Assembly (NCBI RefSeq): GCF_002113885.1
Contig: NW_018408895.1
Location: forward strand, 1,057,565 to 1,121,564
DNA: 64,000 bases
Direction of reading: 5' to 3'
Origin: Mizuhopecten yessoensis
Taxonomy: Eukaryota
Shown here: positions 39,553 to 53,882 of the stretch, one piece after another
Position numbering within the stretch: position 1 is the first letter of the stretch
Layout of the letters: every line of letters starts with the position of its first letter
The notes under the pieces: generated by a model
Seen by the model: only the letters and a program-made list of their open reading frames with translations
What the model was told of the DNA's origin: nothing
Database searches by the model: none
Translations under genes and position numbers: made by a program

Positions 39553-42147
39553 TTACATCTTACAATGCAGTTCACCAGGAAAATTGTCGATGACATCAGC
39601 CATAATGAAATGCCATAACTATTAATGAGCTCAGGCTTTTTTTTGCAAACAAATCATTTAATAACTTGGACGAAACACTTGACGTTTTGATTAGTTAATG
39701 ATACATAATTGATGTCCGTTCGTGAATTTCAATGAGAGTTAATTATAAAGCCTTACACTTGTACTTTTAATATGGCCTCCATTTCTCATCTCAGTTGACT
39801 TACTTTATGAGTCGGTTAAATTGTTTGTCAATAACTAATATTGGTTGTCAACACTAGAACAAACTGCTTTCTTTGTGCTGGTTCAGCCATGCAGCTACAG
39901 TAGCGTCTGGTGATCAGACCTGATGGACATGGTTGTACATTTTTTTTCATTGAAGTTATGATTATTGGTTTTCTTTTGGGGAAGGTATACAAACTGTAAT
40001 GATCGAGGGAGTCTTTAGCAGGAATACTGATTGAGAGTCAAGCTTGTTTATTGTCATAATTGATTCGTATGAATATCAAATGATGTCATGCTTGTGGGTG
40101 ATACAGATAAATTGGAGTCATAAAAGAGTAAGGCAACACAGGAAAGAGGAGGAAAGGAAGAAGAAAGCAAGAATATACATTGCATTGGAATCACAAAGTA
40201 GGGAATACAAAGCATGGTAGAAAATGGTAGCACTATCTACATGTGTAAGAATACACTGATTATCAGTTCAATCAAAGTGAAACTGGGTCACAGCTTGCAC
40301 AAATCACCTCCTCCTCTCACCATCAGAGATGATAAAACCAAAATAAGGCTAACAATTACCATATATAACTGTTAGTTGGCAGCATATTGGAGCTAGGGTC
40401 TAGCTAGATGCCTGGTCATGCCTGGCCCACGATTGACCATGATGAATTTGTCCTATTTGGTCGAGTTAATGAGATACCCATCCGCAGACAGAATTTATTC
40501 CTTGGTGATAATGCTGGATAATATCTTTCATTGACAGAAATAGCTGAAGGGCTTAGCATATTATCACATAGGCCACAGTTAAGATCAGTCATGCATATTT
40601 GAATAGTGTTGTTTCCTTACACATATGATTAGGGATTGGAGATATTGAGTGAGGCTGTTTTTCTGTATATGGAATCACTGCTGGCTGGGAAAGCCGTGGA
40701 ATTGCTAACGTTATTGTTTATTGAATAAGGTTACCTAATTTAATCTGCAACTCGGTGATTCAATGCAAAACCTTGTATTGGCTATAAAGTTGGGTAGAAG
40801 TCCCTAGGAGGACTTTCACAATCTACATAGGTTAATTACTGGCATAATATAGCCTGACTTACCCCTCAAAGTCAATAGGATGTGGCTTAGCTCCTGTAAC
40901 CATGATCCGTACAAAGCATTGTCAAAGGACTAAATTAAAGGGTAAAGATCAGCGTCACCAGCCAATTTTGTGACATATTGAGCTAGGCATACAATGTTTT
41001 ACTTGATAATACTTGTCTCTTGTGAGGATACCTCATTTCTTGTTCAGATGATTTCCAACAAACAAGTGATGAAAACAGACAGGGAACCAATAAAACTAAC
41101 CCAGAAGTTCATGTCAAGTACGATATAATGTGTTGAAGAAATAGAGGAGTTGACTTAAACTTTATATACAGTTTTGGATTGTAAACTTAGTTCTTCGTCA
41201 ATGCAGGCAAAAGTATGGATTGATTATTTCAAAATGTTCAGACTGGTAATTGATTCCCTGCAGTCTTAAAATATCCTGACAGAAGATTATATATCTTGAC
41301 TGTATGGTGTTTTTACGGTATAGAATTAATGGCTATTATCTTAATCATTTTTTTTATCTTGTAAGTGAATTCAAGTTTATTATTGCTTGTATGCACCTTT
41401 CCAAGGGTGATGAAACATAACAAGTCATAAAAATGGGGGACAACTGATTGTGTTCAACTTTTCTTCCGATATAAAATTTGGACTTTGAATAAATAGGAAA
41501 CGTAGACTATTGTGAATGTGTATGTATCAATGTTCCTGTCATAAATGCAGAAAAGTATGTATCTTTATAGGTTTTATAGCTGAAAGCATTTAGTAAGTGA
41601 AAGGTCTGATTGATCTATAAAATCTGATCATGCAATCTGACTATTGAGGACGTCTGCCTTTGACAGTATGTTCTTGTAATAATTCATTGTCTTTACCTTG
41701 TCCAATGTTTGAAGGCTTATACAGAAAACAAAGCTGTACAGCATAAATCTATTTTCTTATTTGAGCTGTCTATCTATTTCAGGGTTGATCACTTCATCAA
41801 TACCCCCTGGTATTTCCAACACCAGATTGTATGTTTACAGCAAATATTCAAAAAGTACACTGCTGTGTATCGTGAGCAACATTGACCACATTTATTTAAA
41901 CAATTAACAATTTTCTAGCTTCACATACTCACTGGAATCTTCTATTGTTACCTCCAGGTCTACTTCTGCCAAGGGCTTTTACAATCATTTCTATTTTTTA
42001 TTCAATTTTCTGTGACAGAATCATTAAGCATGCATTGTGTACGTAGAAATTCAAGGCAATGCATAGAGTTGAATGTGCCCAGAGATATGAAATGTGATGT
42101 TACAAAGTTGCTGGGTATGTTGGCGATACTGAACATTGATCTGTTGT

Positions 42148-42378
42148 GTTGGTTACTAATTTCAAGGTCAAATTGTTGGTCATTGCATTGGTAACTTGTT
42201 CCAAGGTCATACTGGTGGCCATTATGTTGGTAACTTGTTCCAAGGTCAAACTGGTGGCCATTATGTTGGTAACTTGTTCCAAGGTCATACTGGAGGTCAT
42301 TGCGTTGGTAATTTGTTTTCAAAGTCATACTGATGGACTGCTTTGGTAACTTCTTTCAAGGTCATACTGTTGGTCAGT
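42148..42378. repeat. Minisatellite, 39 bp unit, ~6 copies
   Basis: TTGGTAACTTGTTCCAAGGTCATACTGGTGGCCATTATG repeated with decay at both edges. Confidence 0.88.
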
Positions 42379-42590
42379 AAAGGACATTGATCATTTGTGT
42401 TGGGAGCTCTGGTCTAGTCATCATTTCTTTGCGACCCAACAGGTAGCTTTGTTTCAAGGTCACACTGGTGGTGAGAAAGAGACACAGATCTTGTTAGCAC
42501 AAGACCTGTCCTGTCACCTGTCCTGTTTGAATCTCATATGAAGTCAAGCATATACTGGTGGTTGCCGCAGGATACCAATCTTTCCCTGCC

Positions 42591-43794
42591 TTATAAGTCT
42601 CCTACCGGGAAACCGGGGGACTATAGTTTTCCCCTCCGTCTGTCCGTACGTCCGTCCGTCTGTGCGTCCGTCCGTCTGTCCGTCTGTCCGAAGAGGTTTG
42701 TCAGCACTCTAGAGCCTTCATTCTTTCATGGATTTTAATCAAACTTTACACACATGTAAAGAATTAAAATATCTTCAACAAGTTCGAGTTTCAAGGTCAT
42801 CGGATCAAGGTCATTATGACTATAAATAGAAAAACTTTGTCAGCACTCTAGCGTCTTCATTCTTTCTTGGTTTTTAATCAAACTTCACACAGTCATAAAG
42901 AATTAAAATATCTTCGACAAGTTCGAGTTTCAAGGTCATCGGATCAAGGTCAAGGTCACTATTACTATAAATAGAAAATCTTTGTCAGCACTCTAGCGTC
43001 TTCATTCTTTCTTGGATTTTAATCAAACTTCACACACTCATAAAGAATTAAAATATCTTTGACAAGTTCGAGTTTCAAGGTCATCGGATCAAGGTCAAGG
43101 TCACTGTTACTATAAATAGAAAATCTTTGTCAGCACTCTAGTGTCTTCATTCTTTCATGGATTTTAATCAAACTGCACACACTCATAAAGAATTAAAATA
43201 TCTTCGACAAGTTTGAGTTGGACAGGTTCGAGTTTTAAGGTCAAATGGTCAAGGTCACAGTTACTATAAATAGAAAATTTTATTTAACATTCTTCCTTGC
43301 CTGTTTATCAAACTTCACACACTTGTAAAGATACCTTTACAATCAACAAATAAGATTTCTTAGTATTTTTATTCCCTTACCGGTGAAACTGGGTGGGGGT
43401 GGCAGGGAGGGAGAAGAAAACAAGAATACCTAAAGTTTTCCTCGCTGTCTGTCCGAAGAAGTTTGTCAGCACTCTTGCGCCTTCATTATTTCCTAGTTTT
43501 TAATCAAACTTCACATTATTGTAAAGAATTTAAATATCTTGGACAATTTCATTGTAATCGGGGCAAGACAAGGTCACTATTACTCTTTTAGAAAAAATCT
43601 TTGTCAGCACTCTAGTGCCTCATTCTTTCATGGATTTTAGTCAAACTTCACATTATTGTAAAAAATTTCAATATATTGGACATGTTCAAGTTTCAAGGTC
43701 CTCGGATCTAGGTTGAGGTCACTGTTGCATCTTAATAGATTGCGGGGGCCGGTAGGGGACATGTATTGCTTCAGCAATACTCAGTATGCTTGTT
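42591..43794 (+). mobile_element. HINE/Helentron-type element with internal ~146 bp core-repeat array
   Basis: 5' AGTCTCCTACCGG..CCGGGGGACT, (GTCC/GTCT)n microsatellite; TTTGTCAGCACTCT recurs near 42697, 42836, 42981, 43126, 43462, 43600; 3' CCGGTAGGGGAC + GTATTGCT-TC-AGCAATAC hairpin + CTTGTT. Confidence 0.9.
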
Positions 43795-44811
43795 TGAATC
43801 TAGACCTTCAAAATCATGTATATAGCTTTGGCCACTACAGAACAACACAGGTCAGCCATATCTTGGAATAAGGTTATATTCCCTGTGAGATAGAGCACCT
43901 AACTGGAACCCCAATATGTTGAGGAAATAATCAGTATAAGACATGTTACATTATTCATAATGTTAGAAAAAAACCATCAACAAACAGGAATAACTGAATA
44001 TGCAGATTAGGTACTTCATAATCTAGGAAAGATAATTTGTATATGTTCCTGGTTTGGTTTTGAGGTACTTGGCTATATGAGGTAGGAAATACACCTATGG
44101 AGGTCGGCTGTCTTAATCTGCTTAACTGTAAAGGAAGAAGACATTGTTTTTGTGGTTTGATTATAGCAGCATTATACAGATTACCCGTATATGTCACTGT
44201 ATCCAAGGAGATGTATAGATTACTGTGAACTTGATGAAGAGTTCAGTAACTGACAAAATGTTGTGTCTGGTCAATGTCTCTAACAGTTCAATGTATGGGG
44301 ATTTGTCAGGCATGAATATCTGTCTGGGAGGCAGACCCTATCGAACCAGCAGACGGCATATAGCCTCTGTATATGCATGCTTGTGCGTTAAAGGGTGTAA
44401 TTTTCCATTTCGATGCATTCTTGTTTTGAGAGATTGTCCTGGAAACACTGGGTCATTACGTCCAAATGTCATATTACAGACCAATTTGAAATTGAATTGC
44501 AATGTACGCAATTTTTGCTGAGTAAACAGACAGTGAAACATTGTCAGCTCTAGTCTGAGGTGTAGGTCCCTGTTTTTCAAATGTTCTTTGATTCCTGAGG
44601 AAGGTTTTCGATAGAAAAGTATTGCTAGAATTAAAGAAGAATCTTCTGTGAAGGAAATTTCCACAAACAAGAATTTCAAAAACCTTTAATACTATTTTCT
44701 GTGTAGTGGGGACAGTGAGGAGTACCAAAAACTAGATTTTCACCGACCAACACCTCTGTATCTTGCACTTTGTTTCAACAGGTCAGGAATGTGTTGAACA
44801 TCTTTGCTACT

Positions 44812-47800
44812 CCATGTATCCTACAGTCAATGAATACACTAATACCATAGGACAATCCATGTATCCTACAATTAATGCATACACTATGTATCCATGTATC
44901 CTACAATTAATGCAAACAAAATGTATCCTACAGTCAATGTATACACTCCTACCATAGGACAATCCATGTACCCTACAGTCAATGTATATACTACTACCAT
45001 AGGACAATCCATGTACCCTACAGTCAATGTATACACTACTACCATAGGACAATCCATGTATCCTACAGTCAATGTATACACTACTACCATAGTACAAAAC
45101 CATGAACCCTACAGTCAATGTATACACTCCTACCATAGTACAAAACCATGAACCCTACAGTCAATATATATACTGCTACCATAGGACAAACCATGTATCC
45201 TACAGTCAATGTATACACTCCTACCATAGGACAAACCATGTATCCTACAGTCAATGTATACACTTATAACATAGGACAAACCATGTACCCTACAGTCCAT
45301 GTATACACTTCTTACATAGGACAAACCATGTACCCTACAGTCAATGTATACACTACTACCATAGTACAAATCCATGTATCCTACTGTCAATGTATATACT
45401 GCTACCATAGGACAATCCATGTATCCTACAGCCAATGTCTATACTGCTACCATAGGACAAACCATGTATCCTACAGTCAATGTATACAATACTACCATAT
45501 TACAAAACCATGTATCCTACTGTCAATGTATATCCTGATACCATAGGACAATCCATGTATCCTACAGTCAATGTCTATACTGCTACCATAGGACAAACCA
45601 TGTATCCTTCAGTCAATGTATATACTTCTACCATAGGACAAACTATGTATCCTACAGTCAATGTATATACTACTACCATAGGACAGTATACACTCCTACC
45701 ATAGGACAAACCATGTATCCTACAGTCAAGGTATATACTACTACCATAGGACAAATCATGTATTCATACAGTCAATGTATATACTACTACCATAGTACAA
45801 AACCATGTATACATACAGTCAATGTATATACTTCTACCATAGGACAAACTATGTATCCTACAGTCAATGTATATACTACTACCATAGGTATCCTACAGTC
45901 AATGTATACACTACTACCATATTACAAAACCATGTATCCTACAGTCAATGTATACAATACTACCATATTACAAAACCATGTATCCTACTGTCAATGTATA
46001 TACTGCTACCACAGGACAATCCATGTATCCTACAGTCAATTTATACTACTACCATATGACAATCCATGTATCCTACAGTCAATGTATACTACTACCTTAT
46101 GACAATACATGTATCCTACAGTCAATGTATAGTACTACCATATGACAATCCATGTATCCTACAGTCAATGTATATACTTCTACCATAGGACAAACTATGT
46201 ATCCTACAGTCAATGTATATACTACTACCATAGGACAATCCATGTACCCTACAGTCAATGTATATACTTACCATAGTACAAATCCATGTATCCTACAGTC
46301 AATGTATACTACTACCTTATGACAATACATGTATCCTACAGTCAATGTATACACTTCTTACACAGGACAAACCATGTACCCTACAGTCCATGTATACACT
46401 TCTTACATAGGACAAACCACGTACCCTACAGTCAATGTATACACTACTACCATAGTACAAAATCATGTATACATACAGTCAATGTATACACTACGTACCA
46501 CCATAGGACAAAACCATGTACCCTACAGTCAATGGATATACCACTACCATAGGACAATCCATGTATCCTACAGCCAATGTCTATACTGCTACCATAGGAC
46601 AAACCATGTATCCTTCAGTCAATGTATATACTTCTACCATAGGACAAACTATGTATCCTACAGTCAATGTATATACTGCTACCCCTACAGTCAATGTATA
46701 TACTTTTACCATAGGACAAACCATGTATCCTACAGTCAATGTATACAATACTACCATATTACAAAACCATGTATCCTACTGTCAATGTATATACTGCTAC
46801 CACAGGACAATCCATGTATCCTACAGTCAATGTATATTATACACTACTACCATAGGACAATCCATGTATACTACAGTCAATGTCTATACTGCTACCATAG
46901 GACAAACCATGTATCCTACAGTCAATGTATACAATACTACCATATTACAAAACCATGTATCCTACTGTCAATGTATATCCTGATACCATAGGACAATCCA
47001 TGTATCCTACAGTCAATGTCTATACTGCTACCATAGGACAAACCATGTATCCTTCAGTCAATGTATATACTTCTACCATAGGACAAACCATATATCCTAC
47101 AGTCAATGTATATACTGCTACCCCTACAGTCAATGTATATACTTTTACCATAGGACAAACCATGTATCCTACAGTCAAGGTATATACTACTACCATAGGA
47201 CAAATCATGTACCCTACAATCAATGTATACACTACTACCATAGTACAAAACCATGTATACATACAGTCAATGTATATACTTCTACCATAGGACAAACCAT
47301 GTACCCTACAGTCAATGTATATGCTTCTACCAAAGGACAAATCATGTACCCTACAGTCAATGTATATGCTTCTACCATAGGACAAACCATGTATCCTACA
47401 GTCAATGTATACACTACTACCATAGTACAAAATCATGTATACATACAGTCAATGTATACACTGCGTACCGCCATAGGACAAAACCATGTACCCTACAGTC
47501 AATGAATATACTGCTACCATAGGACAAAATCATGTATACATACAGTCAATTTATACACTACGTACCACCATAGGACAAAACCATGTACCCTACAGTCAAT
47601 GTATATACTGCTACCATAGGACAAAATCATGTATACATACAGTCAATGTATACACTGCGTACCACCATAGGACAAAACCATGTACCCTACAGTCAATGTA
47701 TATCCTGCTACCATAGGACAAAATCATGTATACATACAGTCAATGTATACACTACGTACCACCATAGGACAAAACCATGTATACATAAACTGTCAATATG

Positions 47801-47830
47801 TATCCTACAATTTATCTGCCATAGGATAAA
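44812..47830. repeat. Large minisatellite, ~45 bp unit, ~65 copies
   Basis: CCATGTATCCTACAGTCAATGTATATACTACTACCATAGGACAAA repeated with variant blocks. Confidence 0.98.
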
Positions 47831-48767
47831 AACAATGCATTCTATATCTTTGTGATCATTTTATATCTTGGCATTATAAAGGTGTGTGTGGATTTGCAGA
47901 AATAATTTATATTCATACATTCAGATTCTATGACAGTTATTGAAAATGAAGTAGCTAGCTAACGTCTGAAGGTGCAGCTTTGGATTCTGGTGGTGGCACC
48001 ACATCAGTTTGTCGGAGATAATGGACATTTTACCGCCAGATTATAGTGAATGGATGAGTTAGTGGAGCTCAGATGACCTAACAGTCGCTGATATGGACAC
48101 AGATATTTGCAGAGATAAGGGGGAAGGTTCTGTATTAGGGGATGACAAATGACTCTGGCATCAACTGACCAAGTGTGTAATGTTGTTATATCGAACTAAT
48201 GGTTATTAACCATGGCAGAGTAAAAACTCTGGACATTTATACAAAGGCTGTAGAACTAAGAGAACAGGTTATATGTAACAACAGAGAGTAGCTGGAATAA
48301 AGTCTCTTCCAAGGGGTCGTTATGGATTGGAACTGATGCATCTGAATGTACAAAGTTATCCAGCCCTTACCAAGCTTTTAATCCTGACTGGGAATTCTAC
48401 ACCCTCAGATCCTACTTCCCTGTAAGCACACTTGTATTTTAGTCTGTCAGTATCTATTGGTTGAACATGAGGACACGTAGTCAATTGAGGACGGAGGAGG
48501 ACAGAGTCATCAGAGCCAGAGGTCACACATGTCATCAGAGCCAGAGGTCACACTAACCTGTGTTGTTTGGTATAACTATCTCCCTGTCATCATATTACCA
48601 AGGGAAATCCTGTTGTTAGCAGACACACTTTTAGAAACTTAAAAGGTCCTAAATTAATCATAGTATTGCTCTGTTGATAGATACATTGACATTTATCAAC
48701 TTAGAAGACATTTGTAATATATTATTTAGAATCATTAAGGGCCACATTAGCAGATGCAGCGGATAGA

Positions 48768-49812
48768 TAGAGTTATGTAATATTTGTGTATGTTTGGGTT
48801 GAGAGTTATGTGTTATTTGTGTATGTTTGGGTTGAGAGTTATGTATTATTTGTGTATGTTCGTGTATGTTTGGGTTGAGAGTTATGTAATATTTGTGTAT
48901 GTTTGGGTTTAAAGATGTGTATTGTTTGTGTATGTTTGGGTTGAGAGGTATGTGTTATTTGTGGTTGTTTGGGTTGAGAGTTATGAATTATTTGTGAATG
49001 TTTGGGTTGAGAGTTGTGTAATATTTGTGTATGTTTGGTATTACGTATTATTTGTGTATGTTTGGGTTGAGAGTTATGTGTTATTTGTGGTTGTTTGGGT
49101 TGAGAGTTATGTATTATTTGTGAATGTTTGGGTTGAGAGTTGTGTAATATTTGTGTATGTTTGGTATTACGTATTATTTGTGTATGTTTGGGTTGAGAGT
49201 TATGTGTAATTTGTGTATGTTTTGGTTGAGAGTTATGTGTTATTTGTGTATGTTTGTGTATGTTTGGGTTGAGAGTTATGTAGTATTTGTGTATGTTTGT
49301 GTATGTTTGGGTTGAAAGTTATGTAGTATTTGTGTATGTTTGGGTTGAGAGTTATGTAATATTTGTGTAAAGTTGTGTATGTTTGGGTTAAGAGTTATGT
49401 AGTATTTGTGTATGTTTGGGTTGAGAGTTATGTAGTATTTGTGTTTGTTTGGGTTGAGAGTTATGTGTAGTATTTGTGTATGTTTGGGTTGAGAGGTATA
49501 TAATATTTGTGTATGTTTGTGTATGTTTGGGTTGAGAGTTATGTAGTATTTGTGTATGTTTGTGTATGTTTGGGTTGAGAGTTTTGTATTATTTGTGTTT
49601 GTTTGGGTTGAGAGTTATGTGTTATTTGTGTATGTTTTGGTTGAGAGTTATGTGTAATATTTGTGTATGTTTGGGTTGAGAGTTATGTATTATTTGTGTA
49701 TGTTTGGGTTGAGAGTTTTGTATTATTTTTGTATGTTTCTGGGTTGAGAGTTATGTATTAATTGTGTATGTTTGGGTTGAGAGTTATGTTATATTTGTGT
49801 ATGTTTGGGTTG
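48768..49812. repeat. G/T-rich minisatellite, ~33 bp unit, ~30 copies
   Basis: TTGAGAGTTATGTATTATTTGTGTATGTTTGGG repeated; almost no C on the + strand. Confidence 0.97.
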
Positions 49813-50178
49813 CCTTGGTGCTATAAGTACATCTGCTGTTGTTTTATGTCAGTCTCTTGATAATCAATTAGAAAACTGTTTTTACAGGATACAGTGGGAT
49901 ACTTTGATGCTGAGATGATAAGAGATGAGTTTGGTTACTCCCTACAATCCCCGTCAATGTTATGGAAGTCCTGTGATAATTACAATACCACATGTTAACT
50001 ACTGCCATACAGTCTTACACATATCAATCTTTGTGTCTTGTTTGGTAAAACAAGCTTTTCCAGATAGAGTCGGATATGACCTATTCGTAAAAAGAAAGAA
50101 AAAACAAATCATTGGGTGTTGAAAATAGGTCAGAACCAAGGCTAGCCAAGGTTTTGACCCTAAATTCTGTGATTTTAG

Positions 50179-50266
50179 ATTATGTATTAAATATTCTTGT
50201 TTGTTTTTGTTATTTCAGGTAAGTGAGCTTTGTATATGCGCTAAGAGAAGTGGATCGGGGTAAGTA
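50179..50266 (+). promoter_or_regulatory. Candidate recursive splice site (ratchet point at 50218|50219) with 41-nt cryptic exon (50219-50259)
   Basis: ATTCTTGTTTGTTTTTGTTATTTCAG|GTAAGTGAG; no AG in 50179-50216; second donor CGGG|GTAAGTA at 50260. Confidence 0.6.
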
Positions 50267-52077
50267 GTATGCTGCTGAGATAAGGGAGGAAGCAAGGGAG
50301 ACAGAAAGCATTTCTTAAGTACATCTTGCTTTCAATGGAAGACTCCAACACCTTGGTTGTCAATAAAATAAATATATATGGCTCCGATGGGGAGCCAGAA
50401 AACCTGTATAGAATAGCGTAGCTGTGTTGAAGTCTACCCCACAAATCCCAACTGACCAGTTGGTGGCCACCACCATAACAACACATGCTGGTACTGGCCT
50501 CAGACGTACACATTATTGACCTTGTCTCCACATGACCTCGTCACAGTACCTCCAGCACTCTACTGTCTCCATCCAATCACATTCTCCAACTTTGCAAGAT
50601 TTTTTTTTCATTAGTTTCCATGTGACCACAGAAGGAAATCTGAGCTAAATGTTTCTTCCATTTATCTGGAGTCCGGACAGCCATACCAGGACAGCCATAC
50701 CAATTACGATGGTATCGGTCAGCCACGGTGGCTACATGTCGTCAATTTAGTGTTACAGTATCAGTTCTAATAAATGCCCCCTACTGTTTTTAATATCTGT
50801 TTATATACAACTTCCAGGAGGGCCAAGTAAACCAAAGCTTGTCTGTGAAAACTTAAGTAATACCAAATGAAAGATATTCCATTTACAGGGGAACCATGTT
50901 ACGTGAAAATTGCTGGTTCCAAAAACTTTGAGATGTACATGGTATTCTAGGCATCCTAGCTAAACTACAGAGAAATAAACTCGACCATAAGGACCAAGGA
51001 ACAGCTTCAGGATTAAAACGTGGTATCACAGATATCTTATATCGCAATAGCAATGTTAGACCTTCCACAATATTTACTCGAATACTGCATGGTTTAATTG
51101 TAGCAATATGTGTCAGCTTTATGACAAGAGACCATATGAGCAATGATTTTATGTGGTCAGCTGTTGGGCTGTTTTTTGTTACTTTTTTAACAGATCTGAT
51201 GAGCACAGTGTATGCGCCCATCATTGCAATATGGTAAAGCATGTTGGAAGTATCTGTGTAATACATTTAGTGCCCCAGTAATGGGCTCTAACTCAGGAAT
51301 GCAATTGAATGACCATTTGGTGTCATTGTTTAATTCAGTGAATTAGAAAGGAACAATTGTTTGGGTCAGTGGAGGGAAATCTAATTTGATCTGTGTAAAG
51401 GCTTCTAATCTGTAGGAGGCAGGAGTTTGACTGTGAGTGTTGCCACAGAGAAAAGCGATTACAGTAATTTGTTAGAAGATATTAAAAGGGGAAATTGAAG
51501 TCACTCGCATCTCTCTGTCATCACCATGACAACAACAGACGGTGGCAAGAACAGGAAATCATTGGTTCCTAATTACACATACCCAGGATATAGACAAAAT
51601 TATACTGTTTATAAATGTATTGCTCCATTATTGCATGTTGCTCAACAACAGGAATATCTGTCTCCTTTCAATTTATGTGTAATTGTTTAATTTTTGCATT
51701 TTCTGCAATGAAGTAAGGGGAGTCAACCAGAACCATGTTGTGTGTCCACCAATATGTTCATCTGTGTGTAGATGCAGTCTTGTCTGAACAGCTCCTCTTA
51801 GAACTTCTTTTAACTTCACTGTTGTAGTCCAAACCCTCTGTAATTGTGCACATGTGCTTTCTTTTTTTATCTTACTATTTTTATATGGGAGTTATGCCCC
51901 TTTTATAAAATTATAATCCAAGTCTTGTCAGGATAACTTTTACTATAGCTTACCAGATTTCATTGAACCTCATACCCACCACTACAGTCAGAAGTTGTGT
52001 ACACATTGTTTCCGTACATTATCCTTACTGGAATGATGCCACTGTTGCACAATCCTTAGTTATGTCATGTTAAATTG

Positions 52078-52345
52078 TTTATCAGCTCAACTGGTCCAAA
52101 GGGCCGGTGAGGTATGATGCAGCTTCTGTCATCTGCTGTCCATTCACTTTTTCCTTTAAAATGCTACTAGTCCTTAATGCCTCTGAGGATTTTGACTAAA
52201 CTTGGTCTGGAGCATCCTTGGGAAAAGGGGACTCAATTGTATAAACGTCCCATGGGGCAAAAGGACATGACCCAATGGGGAAACAGGTAAATCTTTAAAG
52301 TTATTCTCTTTCTGTATGAATAGATGAATTTTAACCAAATTTGTT
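52078..52345 (+). mobile_element. Degenerate 5' part of a HINE element
   Basis: TTTATCAGCTCAACTGGTCCAAAGGGCCGGTGAG; GTCTGGAGCATCCTTGGG shared with the 19959 element. Confidence 0.7.
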
Positions 52346-53046
52346 TTAGATATTGTTTTGCCTGTTATGATGGGGGAGAGTAGGTATAAGCTGCTTACAG
52401 TTCTTCCTTGTGATTTTATACTTAATTCTTGTATTTGTTACCCCGTGGTTTTGATCTAAAAATAACTAGGAAGCTGTAGATATCACACCAAGGGCACTGT
52501 ATGAACTTCACCTCCAAACTCAATCTAAATATTGTCCTTTTTTTCTTGCCGACATCATAGTATGACAATAAAACATCATGTTGCTCATGTATTATGGTAT
52601 TAGTATTTGATAAGCAGGGAACATCTCACATGAAATTGTGGACAATATGTTTGATTGGATGAAGCGTGGTGATATTGACAGTTCATTAGCATGTTGTATA
52701 ATGAGAGAGCTGTGTTAATGACTGTCTGGTTTGAATTCCAACATGACACTGGTGTTCACACACTAATGAACACATTTTGTATTTGTTATGAAGCATGCAC
52801 TATCCATTTGCATATCCTTTCAAGGTATTTGATTACAATTGTCCTCAGAGACCAAATGTTCGATCGACTGGAATGGTTGGGTTAAAGATTCTGTGATTGG
52901 CTATCAACAGATCGGACATATCATGTTAGTATCATATCTCATATTGATATTGCACCAGAAAACTACCACATCCAGAATATGACATTCCTGTATCATTAGA
53001 TTTTATATTGTTTGTGCTTTATGTCCTATTAAGAGCTATGCCTATT

Positions 53047-53225
53047 TAAGGACTAGCTAGGTTTTAGGGGTGGAGGAAAATAACGCAGTGCCAAGAGAAA
53101 AAACAATGACCTGTGGCCAGTACCTTGCGACCGTCCCCATGAAGGCCTTGAACATGTAACAGAATGGTGGAGGGCTAGTGATTTTAGATGGTCAGACACC
53201 TTATCCACTAGGCCACCCCGGTCCC
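53047..53225 (-). mobile_element. tRNA-derived SINE (family B)
   Basis: Minus strand GGGACCGGGGTGGCCTAGTGGATAAGGTGTCTG..CACTAGCCCTCCACCA..GTTCAAG..GTACTGGCCACAGGTC..TTTCCTCCACC. Confidence 0.75.
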
Positions 53226-53882
53226 TGATTTTACATGCATACAATATTCTGTGGGCTTGCATGCTTTAAACATTTACCTTATAAAAGATAGTCCCATTAT
53301 TAAATGTGGATCACAATGTCCCTGAAGAGAATGTTATAAAATAAATATCAACAGTCACTGCCTATCAAAGTGTTAAGCCTGACAGCTTGGAGTAAGAGGG
53401 ACTGTTGATATTTCTTTTTATTGTTATCAGCTCGATGGGTTTCTGTCAAATTTGACAAAAACATTGTTAATGCAACAGTAAATATATATAGAGCAAATTT
53501 TAATTTGACAGCATTCAAAAGTACTTTGTACATATATGGAAAGTACAGGGGGAGGTCTGACGTAGGGCTGCTGGTAGGGGCTTCATGGTAGATATGCATG
53601 TACATTAAACGTTTCTTTTAAGTTCCGTCTATTCTGGCAGCTACATATTCTGCTGCTGATCAACACAACGATCAAGTGACATCCCTTTTCACATTAGGAT
53701 GTTTCCTTCCATCAGTGGGCAAAGATACTAACTCCTTGATTCATGATATTTCAATTAACATGAAGTATAGAAAAATGCTGTCAGTTACCAGGTCTAAGAA
53801 CTATAACAGAATCACTGTTTTCATTTTGTAGTTAAAATAATTTTCCTAGCACATTCCCAGACATAACTTTTCACAAAAAGAT

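Noticed and set aside
44807-47855. Many overlapping Tyr/Thr-rich ORFs
   Set aside because: Products of the 45-bp array on both strands, broken by frequent frameshifting indels
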